Positions 18,409-28,225 of a DNA stretch of 64,000 nucleotides are shown piece after piece. The notes beneath the pieces were generated by a model that saw nothing but the letters and a program-made list of their open reading frames with translations, was not told where the DNA came from and searched no databases. The stretch is from assembly GCA_963663385.2 (NCBI GenBank), contig CAXXXD010000003.1:640001-704000 (forward strand). Direction: 5' to 3'. Numbering within the stretch: position 1 is the stretch's first letter; the number at the start of each line of letters is the position of its first letter. The position numbers and the translations under genes were made by a program. The stretch is from Oceanispirochaeta sp. Its GTDB lineage: Bacteria; Spirochaetota; Spirochaetia; DSM-2461.

Positions 18409-19836
18409 TTACGCTGCTTCGGGTACAGTGCTGTTATCTTTCTTTGAGAAAACGATAAATGTGGCAAACAGAACGACTGCAACTATGATCCCAACGGGTG
18501 TGGAAACCGCAGCGGGCAGTTTGAATCCTTCAGGTGCCTGCAGTATATATGTGGTAACAACAGCGCTCATAAATGTGGCGGGGACAGAAGCGATCCAGTG
18601 GATCTTCTCTTTCTTGACCAGGTATACCGCCGCGGTCCACAGGACGATGGTGGCCAGTGTCTGGTTGGACCAGGCAAAGTATCTCCAGATAATGGAAAAG
18701 TCAACAAAGTTCAGGGTGAAACCGACCAGGAAGAGGGGAATCGCAACCATCAGACGATTGGTTATTTTGTCCTGTTTCATATTCATAGAGTCTGCAATGG
18801 TCAGACGGGCAGAACGGAAGGCTGTGTCTCCGGAACTGATGGGACAGGCAATAACACCAAGGAGAGCCAGAAGACCACCGACTGTTCCCAGAAGTCCGAC
18901 GGATATTTCTTTAACGACCAGACCGGCTCCTCCCTGACCAACAACACCGGCCAGGCCTTCAACACCGCCGAAGAATGTTACGGAAGCGGCCGCCCAGATA
19001 AGGGCAATTATCCCTTCTGCAATCATGGCACCGTAGAATACAGGGCGGCCCATCCTTTCATCGGGGAGACAGCGTGCCATAATAGGTGACTGTGTTGCGT
19101 GGAATCCGCTGATGGCACCGCAGGCGATTGTGATAAAAAGGAAGGGGAAGAACGAGAGACCCTTGGGATGAAGATTGGCCAGACTGATTTCGGGGATATC
19201 GTAACCGCCGGCAAAGAGCATTACACCAACGCCGACAGCCATAATCAGCAGAACAATACCGAATACGGGATAGAGTTTGGCAATGATCTTATCGATAGGC
19301 AGGATGGTCGCTACAAAGTAGTAAACAAGGATAATGGCAAGCCAGAACCATTTATTGGCAAAAATACCGGTCAGGCCGAGGTTTGCCAGAAGGCCTGCGG
19401 GTCCTGCCATAAATACGGTGCCGACAAGAATCAGGAGAACAACCGAGAAGACGCGCATAACCTGTCTCATCACATTGCCTAGATACATACCGCTGATTTC
19501 GGAGATACTCTTGCCGTCATGACGGATAGACATCATTCCGGAGAAAAAGTCGTGAGTTGCTCCGGCAAAAATACACCCCAGAACAATCCACAGAAAGGAT
19601 GCTGTTCCGAACAGGGCTCCCATTACCGCTCCGTAGATGGGGCCGAGACCGGCAATATTCAAAACCTGGATAAGGAAAATCTTCCAGGGTTTGAGGGGAA
19701 CAAAGTCCACACCGTCCTGCCGGGTAAAAGCAGGTGTTTTACGGGCAGGATCGATTCCGAAAATTTTTTCTACAATTTTACCATAAAAGAAATAACCGGC
19801 TACAAGCATAACCAGACAAATCAGGAAACTGAACAT
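18409..19836 (-). CDS. cstA: Carbon starvation protein CstA family transporter (BtsT/YjiY-like pyruvate or peptide symporter)
   Basis: TPA...DGVDFVP, IAGLGPIYG, ITIACGAISGFHATQSP, WRYFAWSNQ. Confidence 0.93.
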   Translation of the reverse strand: MFSFLICLVMLVAGYFFYGKIVEKIFGIDPARKTPAFTRQDGVDFVPLKPWKIFLIQVLNIAGLGPIYGAVMGALFGTASFLWIVLGCIFAGATHDFFSGMMSIRHDGKSISEISGMYLGNVMRQVMRVFSVVLLILVGTVFMAGPAGLLANLGLTGIFANKWFWLAIILVYYFVATILPIDKIIAKLYPVFGIVLLIMAVGVGVMLFAGGYDIPEISLANLHPKGLSFFPFLFITIACGAISGFHATQSPIMARCLPDERMGRPVFYGAMIAEGIIALIWAAASVTFFGGVEGLAGVVGQGGAGLVVKEISVGLLGTVGGLLALLGVIACPISSGDTAFRSARLTIADSMNMKQDKITNRLMVAIPLFLVGFTLNFVDFSIIWRYFAWSNQTLATIVLWTAAVYLVKKEKIHWIASVPATFMSAVVTTYILQAPEGFKLPAAVSTPVGIIVAVVLFATFIVFSKKDNSTVPEAA

Positions 19837-19904
19837 AATGACTCCTTAATTAAAAGCTGTCGCCATTCTGCATAGGAGAAGTTTGTCTGTGTTGTAAAAA
19901 AGAA

Positions 19905-19933
19905 TGAATGGTAGAATTTCGGGAGTGAATGGT
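19905..19933 (-). promoter_or_regulatory. LytTR (BtsR-type) binding direct repeat
   Basis: Minus strand reads ACCATTCA-N13-ACCATTCA, upstream of cstA. Confidence 0.75.
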
Positions 19934-19979
19934 AATTATAGCCGCTTTCTATTGTTGTCCCTTCCGGAAATCGGTTCAA

Positions 19980-20750
19980 TTAGTCCATATTGAGGTTTTT
20001 TTTCAGCTCTGCCGTGTGGGAACGGCTTACAGGTATACCCTCTTTTACCCCTTTCATTCTGATTTTCAGGGCATTATTGAATCCTGGTTCCACCGACTCA
20101 ATATAATTGAGATTGACAGTATAACTTCTATGACATTTAAAAAGGGCGGGATCCCTGACCAGTTTCTCCAGTTCTCCCAGGCATTTCCGGTAGGAGTAGG
20201 ATTTGTTTTCCGTATAGATACGGGACTGTTTTTCCTCGGCTGCCAGAATTACAATGCTGTCAAAGTCGATGGGGATAAACCGCCCCTCCTTATAGACAGT
20301 AATTTTACGAAAAAGGTTCTGTTTTTTTTCATCCGCTGATTCCAGTACTCTTTGTATGGCCAGTTCAAGATCAGGTGAGTTGTCCTTTTTCATAAGGCGG
20401 TTACGGACCCGGTTCAGGGCCCGGTTTAAACGATCTGTTTCAACAGGTTTCAGCAGGTAGTCCAGGGCGTTCACATCAAAAGCCTCAAGGGCAAACTGAT
20501 CGTAGGCTGTGATAAAAATTATCTGGGGGAACAGGGGAAGACTCATCAATTGCCTTGCTGTTTCAAGACCGGTCAGTCCGGGCATCTGTATATCCAGAAG
20601 AATTAGATCCACCCTTTCATTTTCCAGTATTTCTAGGGCTTTCATACCGTTTTCCGCTTCCAGGATCTCTTCTATATCCCTCTCTTTCGTCAGGAGATAA
20701 TGAAGTTCATCCCTGGCAGGCTTTTCATCATCAACAATCAGAACTCTCAT
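19980..20750 (-). CDS. LytTR-family response regulator (BtsR/YehT/LytT-like)
   Basis: REC domain (VDDE, LLDIQMP, DYLLKP) plus LytTR domain (CHRSYTVN, PVSRS). Confidence 0.93.
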   Translation of the reverse strand: MRVLIVDDEKPARDELHYLLTKERDIEEILEAENGMKALEILENERVDLILLDIQMPGLTGLETARQLMSLPLFPQIIFITAYDQFALEAFDVNALDYLLKPVETDRLNRALNRVRNRLMKKDNSPDLELAIQRVLESADEKKQNLFRKITVYKEGRFIPIDFDSIVILAAEEKQSRIYTENKSYSYRKCLGELEKLVRDPALFKCHRSYTVNLNYIESVEPGFNNALKIRMKGVKEGIPVSRSHTAELKKNLNMD

Positions 20751-22459
20751 GTCTCCAGATCCCCCGCGGGAATAAAAATCTTGGCCGTGGTTCCTGTTTT
20801 TACGCTGTATTCAAGCTGAAGGTCGGCGGAGGGACCGTAGGTATTGAGCAGGCGCTGCCGTATATTGGTTAACCCTATGGAATCGGTCTGTTCGTCTTCC
20901 GGATCCATACAGCGGTTATTTTCCTTTTCATCGAGACCCTGTCCATTATCATTGACAGAAAGGATTATCCCCTTTTCCAGGGAAGAAGCTTTTATGGTTA
21001 TACATCCTCCTTCCGGCAGGGGCTGAATCCCGTGAATAACAGCATTTTCAACCAGAGGCTGGAGCAGAAGGGGCGGTATGGACAGGTTCAGTCCTTCCTC
21101 GATTTCATAACGTATCTCAAGCCTTTCCCCAAAACGGGCCTGTTCAATTTCCAGATAGGATCTGATGTGATTGATCTCCGTATCCAGGGGGACGGAAATA
21201 GCCCCTGACTGCAGGTTATTCCGATAGAACGTTCCAAGATGAAGGAGCAGGTTTCTTCCCTTTTCCGGTTCGCTGCGAATCAGGGATACTATTGTATTTA
21301 TGGCATTAAAAAGAAAATGGGGATTAATCTGTGCCTGAAGGGCTCGCAGTTCAGCCCGGCGAAGGAGTTCCTTCTGTTCATCCAGTCGGCTGAGCTCCAG
21401 CTGGGAAGAGAAGAGGGTCGCCAGACCTCTGGCCGTTTCAATATCGGCCTGATTGATAACATTCTCCTTTCCCCTGTAGAGTTTCAGGGTTCCGATACAT
21501 TCGGATTCCCGTTTGAGGGGAGCAATTACGGCCGATTTAAGGCAGCATCCGGGATGGCTGCAGCCTATCTCTTCGCTGGTCATGGCAACCTGAAGTTCTC
21601 CTGTTTTCATAACTTCTCTGGTAATCCTTGTGAGCAGATTGACTCCGGCGATATGATGATCACTGGCTTTTCCATAGTGAACCAGGATGGTATCCCTGTT
21701 TGTAATGGCAACCGCTTCCAGAGACATTTCCTTAAATATGATGGCTGCTGTTTTCTCGGCTGTTTCGGCTGTAAGGCCTTTTCTGAGAAGCGGAAGAGTT
21801 TGATCGGCAATTCTCAGAACCTGATGGGATTGCCGGGCGGCCCGTCTTTCCCCTTCGCTGAAAAGGTTTTCAAAGGCCAGGATAATGAGGGAGCATCCTA
21901 TACTGTTGGCAATAACCATAGGAAGAATAATTATACTGACAAGAGAGAGTGCGTCGGCAAAGGGCCGGGCCGTACCCAGGATAATCAGCATCTGCATCAA
22001 CTCGGCAAGTGCGGCTGTCAAAAGGGCGAAGAGGGGTTTCCGGCGGGACATATAGAAGGCTGAGCTTAAAATACCTGCCAGGGCTCCCTCCAGAATGGTT
22101 GACAGCATACAGGATATGGCTGTGAATCCGCCGATGTCGAATGCCCATCTGTGGATTCCCGCAATAACACCGGCCAGTACACCCACAATAGGACCTCCCA
22201 GAAGGCCTCCTACAAATACCGGAACCATCCGGGCGTTGGCCAGGGCCCCCTGAATGGGAACTCCCGTGTAGGTGCCCACAATACCCAGAAGTCCAAGAAC
22301 CATTACCGGGAACAGATAGTCCTTCAGGCGCCGGTTTCCCTTCTGAATGATCCGGGTGAATATTCCCAGCTGGGAGAGGAGAAGGGCAATGATTATGATC
22401 AGTCCGGCCTGCTGTACCAGAGCTATGATTATTTGAATGATTATTCGATCCGTTAACAT
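20747..22459 (-). CDS. LytS/YehU-family sensor histidine kinase (BtsS-like)
   Basis: 5TM-LytS N-terminus (ANAR, GGLLGGP), GAF domain, LQAQINPHFLFN, LQPLVENA. Confidence 0.93.
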   Translation of the reverse strand: MLTDRIIIQIIIALVQQAGLIIIIALLLSQLGIFTRIIQKGNRRLKDYLFPVMVLGLLGIVGTYTGVPIQGALANARMVPVFVGGLLGGPIVGVLAGVIAGIHRWAFDIGGFTAISCMLSTILEGALAGILSSAFYMSRRKPLFALLTAALAELMQMLIILGTARPFADALSLVSIIILPMVIANSIGCSLIILAFENLFSEGERRAARQSHQVLRIADQTLPLLRKGLTAETAEKTAAIIFKEMSLEAVAITNRDTILVHYGKASDHHIAGVNLLTRITREVMKTGELQVAMTSEEIGCSHPGCCLKSAVIAPLKRESECIGTLKLYRGKENVINQADIETARGLATLFSSQLELSRLDEQKELLRRAELRALQAQINPHFLFNAINTIVSLIRSEPEKGRNLLLHLGTFYRNNLQSGAISVPLDTEINHIRSYLEIEQARFGERLEIRYEIEEGLNLSIPPLLLQPLVENAVIHGIQPLPEGGCITIKASSLEKGIILSVNDNGQGLDEKENNRCMDPEDEQTDSIGLTNIRQRLLNTYGPSADLQLEYSVKTGTTAKIFIPAGDLET

Positions 22460-22500
22460 ATAAAGAAGAGTATAGTACCAAGGCTGTAGAAAATGAAAGT

Positions 22501-22561
22501 CCCCCTCGACTACACTCGGGAGGCAACGACTAGGCTCAGGAGAAAACGACTACGTTCGGGG
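22501..22561. repeat. Three degenerate 20-bp tandem units (CGACTAsRyTCrGG core), REP-like
   Basis: CGACTA recurs at 22507, 22527 and 22547, in the gap between the divergent kinase and patatin genes. Confidence 0.6.
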
Positions 22562-22639
22562 TACTGCAGCTTCCGTACCCTCTCCGTCTGTACTGATAAA
22601 TATCAAATCGTATATATTAATCGGATAAAGGGTTTGAAA

Positions 22640-24850
22640 ATGATTAACAGATTTCAGTTATCCGCAGTATTACTGCTGATTTCAATAATATATCCTCTGC
22701 AGGCACAGGAATCGGAAGAACCGGTCGTTGCGGTTGTCCTGGCCGGGGGAGGAGCCCTCGGTTTTGCCCATGTGGGGGCTCTGAAAGTTTTGGAGGAAGA
22801 GGGGATTTTTCCGGATATGGTAATCGGGACCAGTATGGGGAGTATCATAGGCGGGATGTATTGTGTCGGATACAATCCGGTAGAAATGGAGCGGCTTATA
22901 AATGGGATTGACTGGAAGGAAACCATGCTTGACAGCACTCAACGCAATAAAATGAGCTTTGATCAGAAGAAAAGGCAGGCCAGTTATAATATCGATATCG
23001 GGTTCAAAGAGGGCAGACTGATTACCGAAGCCGGATTCTCCGAGGCCCAGCATGTGGTTGAACTCCTCGATACTCTTCTGACCCCGTATTCAGCTGAGAT
23101 GAGTTTTGATGATCTGCCGATTCAATTCAGGGCTGTTGCTGCAGACCTGCTCACAGGAGAAAAAATCACATACGATTCGGGAGATCTTAAAACAGTCATC
23201 CGGGCTTCCATGGCTGTTCCGGGTGTCTTTACTCCCGTAGAGTACCGCGGCCGTTATGCTATAGACGGGGGATGGACCGAAAATCTGCCGACCACTGTAG
23301 CCAGGGATATGGGCGCGGATATTGTTATTGCGGTGAACCTCTTCTCCATGGAAGAGGATATTAATAACCTGACATCTGTCGATAAGGTTTCGGAACAGGC
23401 CTATCAGATAAGGGCCCTGGATCAGAACCGGGCGAGCGAAGCTGCGGCTGACCTGATTATTACCCCTGATCTCAGAGGATATACCATGGCCGATTTTGAA
23501 AAGGGTAAACCCCTGATGGCGCTGGGGTATAAGGAAGCGGACAGAAACAGGGAGGCAATCAGGGCTTTGGCTGATACCATCGGGACGCGGAACCGGAACT
23601 GTACAGAACCGCCGGGTGATGATCGGAAAATCCGTATTTCCCGTATTACTGTCGACTGTGATGGTAATGCTTCCATGGAGGAACAGGTCCGGAGGGAGAT
23701 TACCGGAACAGCAGGAATGACCCCCTTTCTGTCAGAGCTGCGTAATGCCATATACAGCATATATGACCGGGGTGATTTTACCCGGATCTGGTACCGCCTC
23801 TATCCGGAATCTGCCGGGGCTTACGAACTGGTGGTGGAGGCTCCCCCGGTTCCTCAGGCTGATGAAATGTTCAGCGCTTCTCTGGATTTTTCAAATCAGA
23901 TGATAGAGAGTCAGATTACGGATTTCAATCTTAAAACCTCCTACCAGAGATGGCTGGGGGGGACAAAGAATAGTCAGGCCTTTGTGGAATTATGGGTTTC
24001 CGACTTTCCCTCTCTCATTACGGGGGTGAGTCATAATCCAAGGGGCGCCCTGCTGCAAACCGGATTCGAAACTTATATGAAGGCGAAATCCCAGTATTTT
24101 TTTAAAAACGATGCTGTAGAATCCCTTTACGGATTGAATACCGTGGGAGGGGATTTCTTTTCGTCCCGCCCCTTTTTTAACAGATTTGAACTGGGGCTGA
24201 ATTTTTACTCCCGTTATTCCTGGGCTGATCACCGCCTGGGTGAGGACTTTCTGCCTGAGGAGTCCTGGCATCAAACCGGGATTACCGGGGTTCTGGCTAT
24301 TGATACACTGGACAGGAGTATTGCTCCCCGCCGCGGGATTAATGCCGCTTTCATGATGGACTGTGGTCTGGATGACAGTTCAGAGATAAAAGGGCTCTAC
24401 AAAATGGCGGGGGAAGTGTATCTGTCTCCTCTCAAGGGATTTGTGATCATACCCAGGTGGGAGGCTCAGGGACTTCTCTGGGGAGAGCTGAATATCCTCG
24501 AAATGCCGACCCTGGGTGAGGCGGTAACAACTTACGGATATTACCCCCAGGAACTCCGGAATGAGAATGTGGCTACGGGCGGCCTGGAACTCAGAAAACA
24601 GGTGACAAGCCTGCCACTCGGACTGGGTAAGGAAGTATACCTTCAGCTTGCCGGGAACTACTCCTACATGTGGGAGGATGATGCTGCAGATACCTATGAA
24701 GATCCGACTTCGTACTTCGGGGTTGCCGCCGGTGTCGTTCTCAATACGACTCTGGGAGAGATTCAGTTTAATCTCAGCAGGAACAAGGACGGACGGGTTT
24801 CCGGTTTTATGGGAATCTCTTCGTCCGCCTCTCTTTTAAACTGTTTCTGA
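22640..24850 (+). CDS. Patatin-like phospholipase with POTRA and probable beta-barrel (PlpD-like)
   Basis: Signal peptide from ATG 22640; GGGALG, GTSMG and DGG patatin motifs; beta-strand-rich C-half ending in Phe. Confidence 0.85.
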   Translation: MINRFQLSAVLLLISIIYPLQAQESEEPVVAVVLAGGGALGFAHVGALKVLEEEGIFPDMVIGTSMGSIIGGMYCVGYNPVEMERLINGIDWKETMLDSTQRNKMSFDQKKRQASYNIDIGFKEGRLITEAGFSEAQHVVELLDTLLTPYSAEMSFDDLPIQFRAVAADLLTGEKITYDSGDLKTVIRASMAVPGVFTPVEYRGRYAIDGGWTENLPTTVARDMGADIVIAVNLFSMEEDINNLTSVDKVSEQAYQIRALDQNRASEAAADLIITPDLRGYTMADFEKGKPLMALGYKEADRNREAIRALADTIGTRNRNCTEPPGDDRKIRISRITVDCDGNASMEEQVRREITGTAGMTPFLSELRNAIYSIYDRGDFTRIWYRLYPESAGAYELVVEAPPVPQADEMFSASLDFSNQMIESQITDFNLKTSYQRWLGGTKNSQAFVELWVSDFPSLITGVSHNPRGALLQTGFETYMKAKSQYFFKNDAVESLYGLNTVGGDFFSSRPFFNRFELGLNFYSRYSWADHRLGEDFLPEESWHQTGITGVLAIDTLDRSIAPRRGINAAFMMDCGLDDSSEIKGLYKMAGEVYLSPLKGFVIIPRWEAQGLLWGELNILEMPTLGEAVTTYGYYPQELRNENVATGGLELRKQVTSLPLGLGKEVYLQLAGNYSYMWEDDAADTYEDPTSYFGVAAGVVLNTTLGEIQFNLSRNKDGRVSGFMGISSSASLLNCF

Positions 24851-24857
24851 AATACTG

Positions 24858-25601
24858 TCAGGTGAGCAGGTGCCGTATCGTTTTTCTGGCCGCTTCCCTT
24901 ACGGAACGGTCCTCCCTGCGGGCTGCTGTGACTGCCCGGACAAATACAGATCCGGCTACAACAGCATCGCAGTATCCGGACAGAAGCTGTACCTGTTCCG
25001 GTTCGGATATACCGAATCCCGCCATCACCCTGCTGCGGGCAGGAGCCAGTTTCTTCAGCAGATTCAGACTTGCCTCCTCAATCACGGTATAGCTTCCTGT
25101 TATACCGCTGCGAAGGGCTGTATAGAACCATTCCGGTTCCAGCGCGACAAGCTCTTTCAGCCGGTCCTCCTGTATGGAAGGGGTCATCACAGGCACAATG
25201 GGAACCCCCTGTCGGCGGCCTTCTTCATACAAGCCTTCATCCCTGCCGTAGACCAGATCAGGGATAATCAGCCCTGCCGCTTCGGCCTCCTTAGCCTGTT
25301 TGACAAAAGAAGGGATTCCCCGTGAAAACAGAATATTTCCATAGCTCATCAGGAACACAGGAATTCCCGTCTCCTTTCTGATCCGCTGTAGAAGAGGGAA
25401 GGCATCGTCCACTTTAAAGCCTCCCGCCAGAGCATCCCGGCAGGCCCCTTCAATAACCGGACCGTCGGCGCTTGGATCGGAAAAGGGGATCTGCATCTCC
25501 AGATAGGCCGCTCCCCCTTCGGCCAGTCCGCAGGCGGTTTCAAAGGAAGATTCCAGGTCGGGGTATCCCGCAATAAAATGAGAAACAATATCAGCTGCCA
25601 T
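24858..25601 (-). CDS. trpA: Tryptophan synthase alpha chain
   Basis: AGYPD, EMQIPFSDPSADGPVI, GITG, AGFGIS. Confidence 0.96.
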   Translation of the reverse strand: MAADIVSHFIAGYPDLESSFETACGLAEGGAAYLEMQIPFSDPSADGPVIEGACRDALAGGFKVDDAFPLLQRIRKETGIPVFLMSYGNILFSRGIPSFVKQAKEAEAAGLIIPDLVYGRDEGLYEEGRRQGVPIVPVMTPSIQEDRLKELVALEPEWFYTALRSGITGSYTVIEEASLNLLKKLAPARSRVMAGFGISEPEQVQLLSGYCDAVVAGSVFVRAVTAARREDRSVREAARKTIRHLLT

Positions 25602-26811
25602 AATTCCTCCTGCTTTCGGTTTTCAGAAAATCTCTCCAGTTTTCGCCGTCCAGAGCGGCTGCAGATATAAAAATATCCTTATCGCCCCTCCCTGACATAT
25701 TGATAATCAGGTTCTGTTCCGGTTTCATCTCTCTTGCCAGCTTCATGGCGGCCGCCCCGGCGTGGGCCGACTCCATGGCAAAAATAATCCCCTCGGTCCG
25801 GGCGAAAAATTTCAGGGCCTCCAGAGCTTCATCATCCCGGGCATGGGTAAACTCGAGGCGGCCCGACTCTCCCAGATCTGCCAGCTGCGGGCCTATCCCG
25901 GGATAATCCAGACCGGCCGATATGGAGTGGGTATCCAGAACCTGTCCGTCATCATCTCTGAGAAAGCGGCTCTTATACCCCTGTATAATCCCCGGTCTCC
26001 CTTCGTCGGTCATCCTGACGGCATTGTTGCCCTTTCCGGGGCCCCTTCCTCCCGCTTCCACGCCAACCATCCGGATATCCGTATCTTCCAGAAAGGGGGA
26101 AAAGAAACCGATCGCGTTGGATCCGCCCCCAACGCAGGCTACCATGGTATCAATTTTGAAATCCGCCTGCTGACGGACTTCCGTTCCGATGACAGACTGG
26201 AATTCACGGACCATATCCGGGTAGGGAGACGGGCCAAGGGCGGAACCCAGCAGGTAGTGGGTATCTTCACTGTTGGCGGTCCAGTCCCGGAAGGCTTCGT
26301 TTACCGCATCTTTCAGGGTACGGGAACCTGAGGTAACCGGCCGGACCTCCGCTCCGAACAGTTGCATCCAGTACACATTGGGGTGCTGCCGGCGGATATC
26401 CTCTTCTCCCATATAGATAACACAGGGCAGGTTCAGACGGGCGCAGGCCGAAGCAGTGGCCACACCGTGCTGTCCGGCTCCGGTTTCGGCTATAATGCGC
26501 TTCTTCCCCATCCGTCTGGCCAGAAGGGCCTGACCGGCAGCGTTGTTTATTTTGTGGGCCCCCGTATTGGCAAGGCCTTCCATTTTGATATAGATAGAGG
26601 CGCCTCCCAGTTCCCTCGAGGCATTCCGTGCCGGAAGGAGGGGGGTGGGACGTCCGATAAACTCACTCTGGAACAGTTTCCACTCTCTGAGGAAATCCTG
26701 GTCTATTATGGCCTCCTTGAAAGCTTTTTCCAGTTCAGCCAGAGGGGGCTGCAGCACTTCCGGTACATAACGGCCGCCGTAGGGGCCGAAGAAATCATTA
26801 AATGCGGGCAT
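25591..26811 (-). CDS. trpB: Tryptophan synthase beta chain
   Basis: TGAHKINN, AETGAGQHG, SISAGLDYPG, SGRGDKD. Confidence 0.97.
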   Translation of the reverse strand: MPAFNDFFGPYGGRYVPEVLQPPLAELEKAFKEAIIDQDFLREWKLFQSEFIGRPTPLLPARNASRELGGASIYIKMEGLANTGAHKINNAAGQALLARRMGKKRIIAETGAGQHGVATASACARLNLPCVIYMGEEDIRRQHPNVYWMQLFGAEVRPVTSGSRTLKDAVNEAFRDWTANSEDTHYLLGSALGPSPYPDMVREFQSVIGTEVRQQADFKIDTMVACVGGGSNAIGFFSPFLEDTDIRMVGVEAGGRGPGKGNNAVRMTDEGRPGIIQGYKSRFLRDDDGQVLDTHSISAGLDYPGIGPQLADLGESGRLEFTHARDDEALEALKFFARTEGIIFAMESAHAGAAAMKLAREMKPEQNLIINMSGRGDKDIFISAAALDGENWRDFLKTESRRNYGS

Positions 26812-28225
26812 AATCGTTTATCTCCCTGAAAAATTGTTTCATTTTTTCCAAATCCTTGATTCCCGGCGAGGATTCCAGACCGCTGGAAAGATCCACCAGT
26901 TCGGGAGACCATGTCTCCAGTATCTCCCTGATATTACGGGGATTCAAACCGCCGGCCAGCCACAGTTCTCCCTTCTCCCGGGCCTTCTGTACCAGGCCTG
27001 GATCAAGACGTTTGCCGGTTCCTCCCGCCGCATCGGGGCTGAAGGCATCCAGCAGACAGGGGAGGGGACTGTAGGCCGTCATCTTCTCAATATCCTCTCC
27101 GGATTTGATCCGCAGGGCTTTGTAGCCGCGGTTCCGTACCGTACCGGATGACTCCCTGCCGTGAAACTGCACCATATCCAGTATCCCCTCATCCAGAAGG
27201 CTCTGTATCTCCCCGGGCAGATCCTCTCCCTCTTCAAGGACTGCCACTCCGACTTTCAGAGCGGCTGTTCTGGGAAGGGAACGGATAAAATCCGGAGTTG
27301 TCCGCCGGGGAGAAGGGGCCAGGATAAAACCTGTCATATCCGCCCCCAGGCTGACGGCCGCTTCGTAATCCTCCGCACGGGTTAACCCGCAGACTTTTAC
27401 CAGAGGTCGTCCCGGCACCCAGCGGCTGCAGAGCTTCTGCCAGGCCGCTCCCGACGGGCTTTCATTCCTTCCGGTAAGGAATCCCTTCAGTTTTTCTATC
27501 AGGGAGGGGTCCCTTACGACTCCCTCTCCCACCAGCAGGCCGGCAAAACCGGCTTCTGAAGCAAAAGCCCCGTCCGTATCTTTTAAAATACCCGATTCGT
27601 AGACTATCCGGCACTCCCAGTCTATGAGCCCCCGGATTTTCAGGGGCTGAAGGGGGTATATCCTGAAGTCCCTCAGGTCCCGGCTGTTGATTCCCACCAG
27701 ATCGGGTTTAACCGCCGATGCCTTTTTGACATCCTCCCCTGAATGGACTTCCACCAGAGGGGTCATCCCTTTTTCGAGGCAGAGATCATGCATTGATTTA
27801 AGCTTCTCCGTAGAAAGGAGAGAGGAAATAAGCAGGCAGGCATCTGCACCGGCCCTGAGGGACACTTCAATATCCTCTTCATTAAGCAGAAAATCCTTTC
27901 TGAGAACAGCCAGGTCCGGACAGGCTCTTTTAACCTGCATCAGATCCTCCAGGGATCCTCCAAAATAATCCGGTTCCGTCAGAACACTCACATGCCCGGC
28001 GCCGTGGCTCCGGTACATTTCCGCCTGGGCCGCCGCATCGGGGATCTCGCTGATGTGTCCTTTGGAAGGGCTTCTGCGCTTTACTTCGCAGATCAGAAGA
28101 GGATCTGTTCCAAAGGGCACACGGGGAACTGTCCGGGTTTCGGGTATGGTAAACCCTTCCTCCGCCCCCAGTCTGCTAATCCTCTCCAGGCGCTGATCAG
28201 CAATTCTCCGTCTGATGTCGGTCAT
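26798..28225 (-). CDS. trpCF: Bifunctional indole-3-glycerol-phosphate synthase / PRA isomerase
   Basis: [16 protein letters not shown] and LRKDF (TrpC); VKVCGLT, QFHG and LAGGL (TrpF). Confidence 0.95.
   Translation of the reverse strand: MTDIRRRIADQRLERISRLGAEEGFTIPETRTVPRVPFGTDPLLICEVKRRSPSKGHISEIPDAAAQAEMYRSHGAGHVSVLTEPDYFGGSLEDLMQVKRACPDLAVLRKDFLLNEEDIEVSLRAGADACLLISSLLSTEKLKSMHDLCLEKGMTPLVEVHSGEDVKKASAVKPDLVGINSRDLRDFRIYPLQPLKIRGLIDWECRIVYESGILKDTDGAFASEAGFAGLLVGEGVVRDPSLIEKLKGFLTGRNESPSGAAWQKLCSRWVPGRPLVKVCGLTRAEDYEAAVSLGADMTGFILAPSPRRTTPDFIRSLPRTAALKVGVAVLEEGEDLPGEIQSLLDEGILDMVQFHGRESSGTVRNRGYKALRIKSGEDIEKMTAYSPLPCLLDAFSPDAAGGTGKRLDPGLVQKAREKGELWLAGGLNPRNIREILETWSPELVDLSSGLESSPGIKDLEKMKQFFREINDYARI

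Noticed and set aside
22493..22639. N-terminal extensions in the ORF track (patatin; also 49014, 46640, 51832, 10915, 3349)
   Set aside because: Downstream starts give better RBS, signal peptides or family-typical N-termini.
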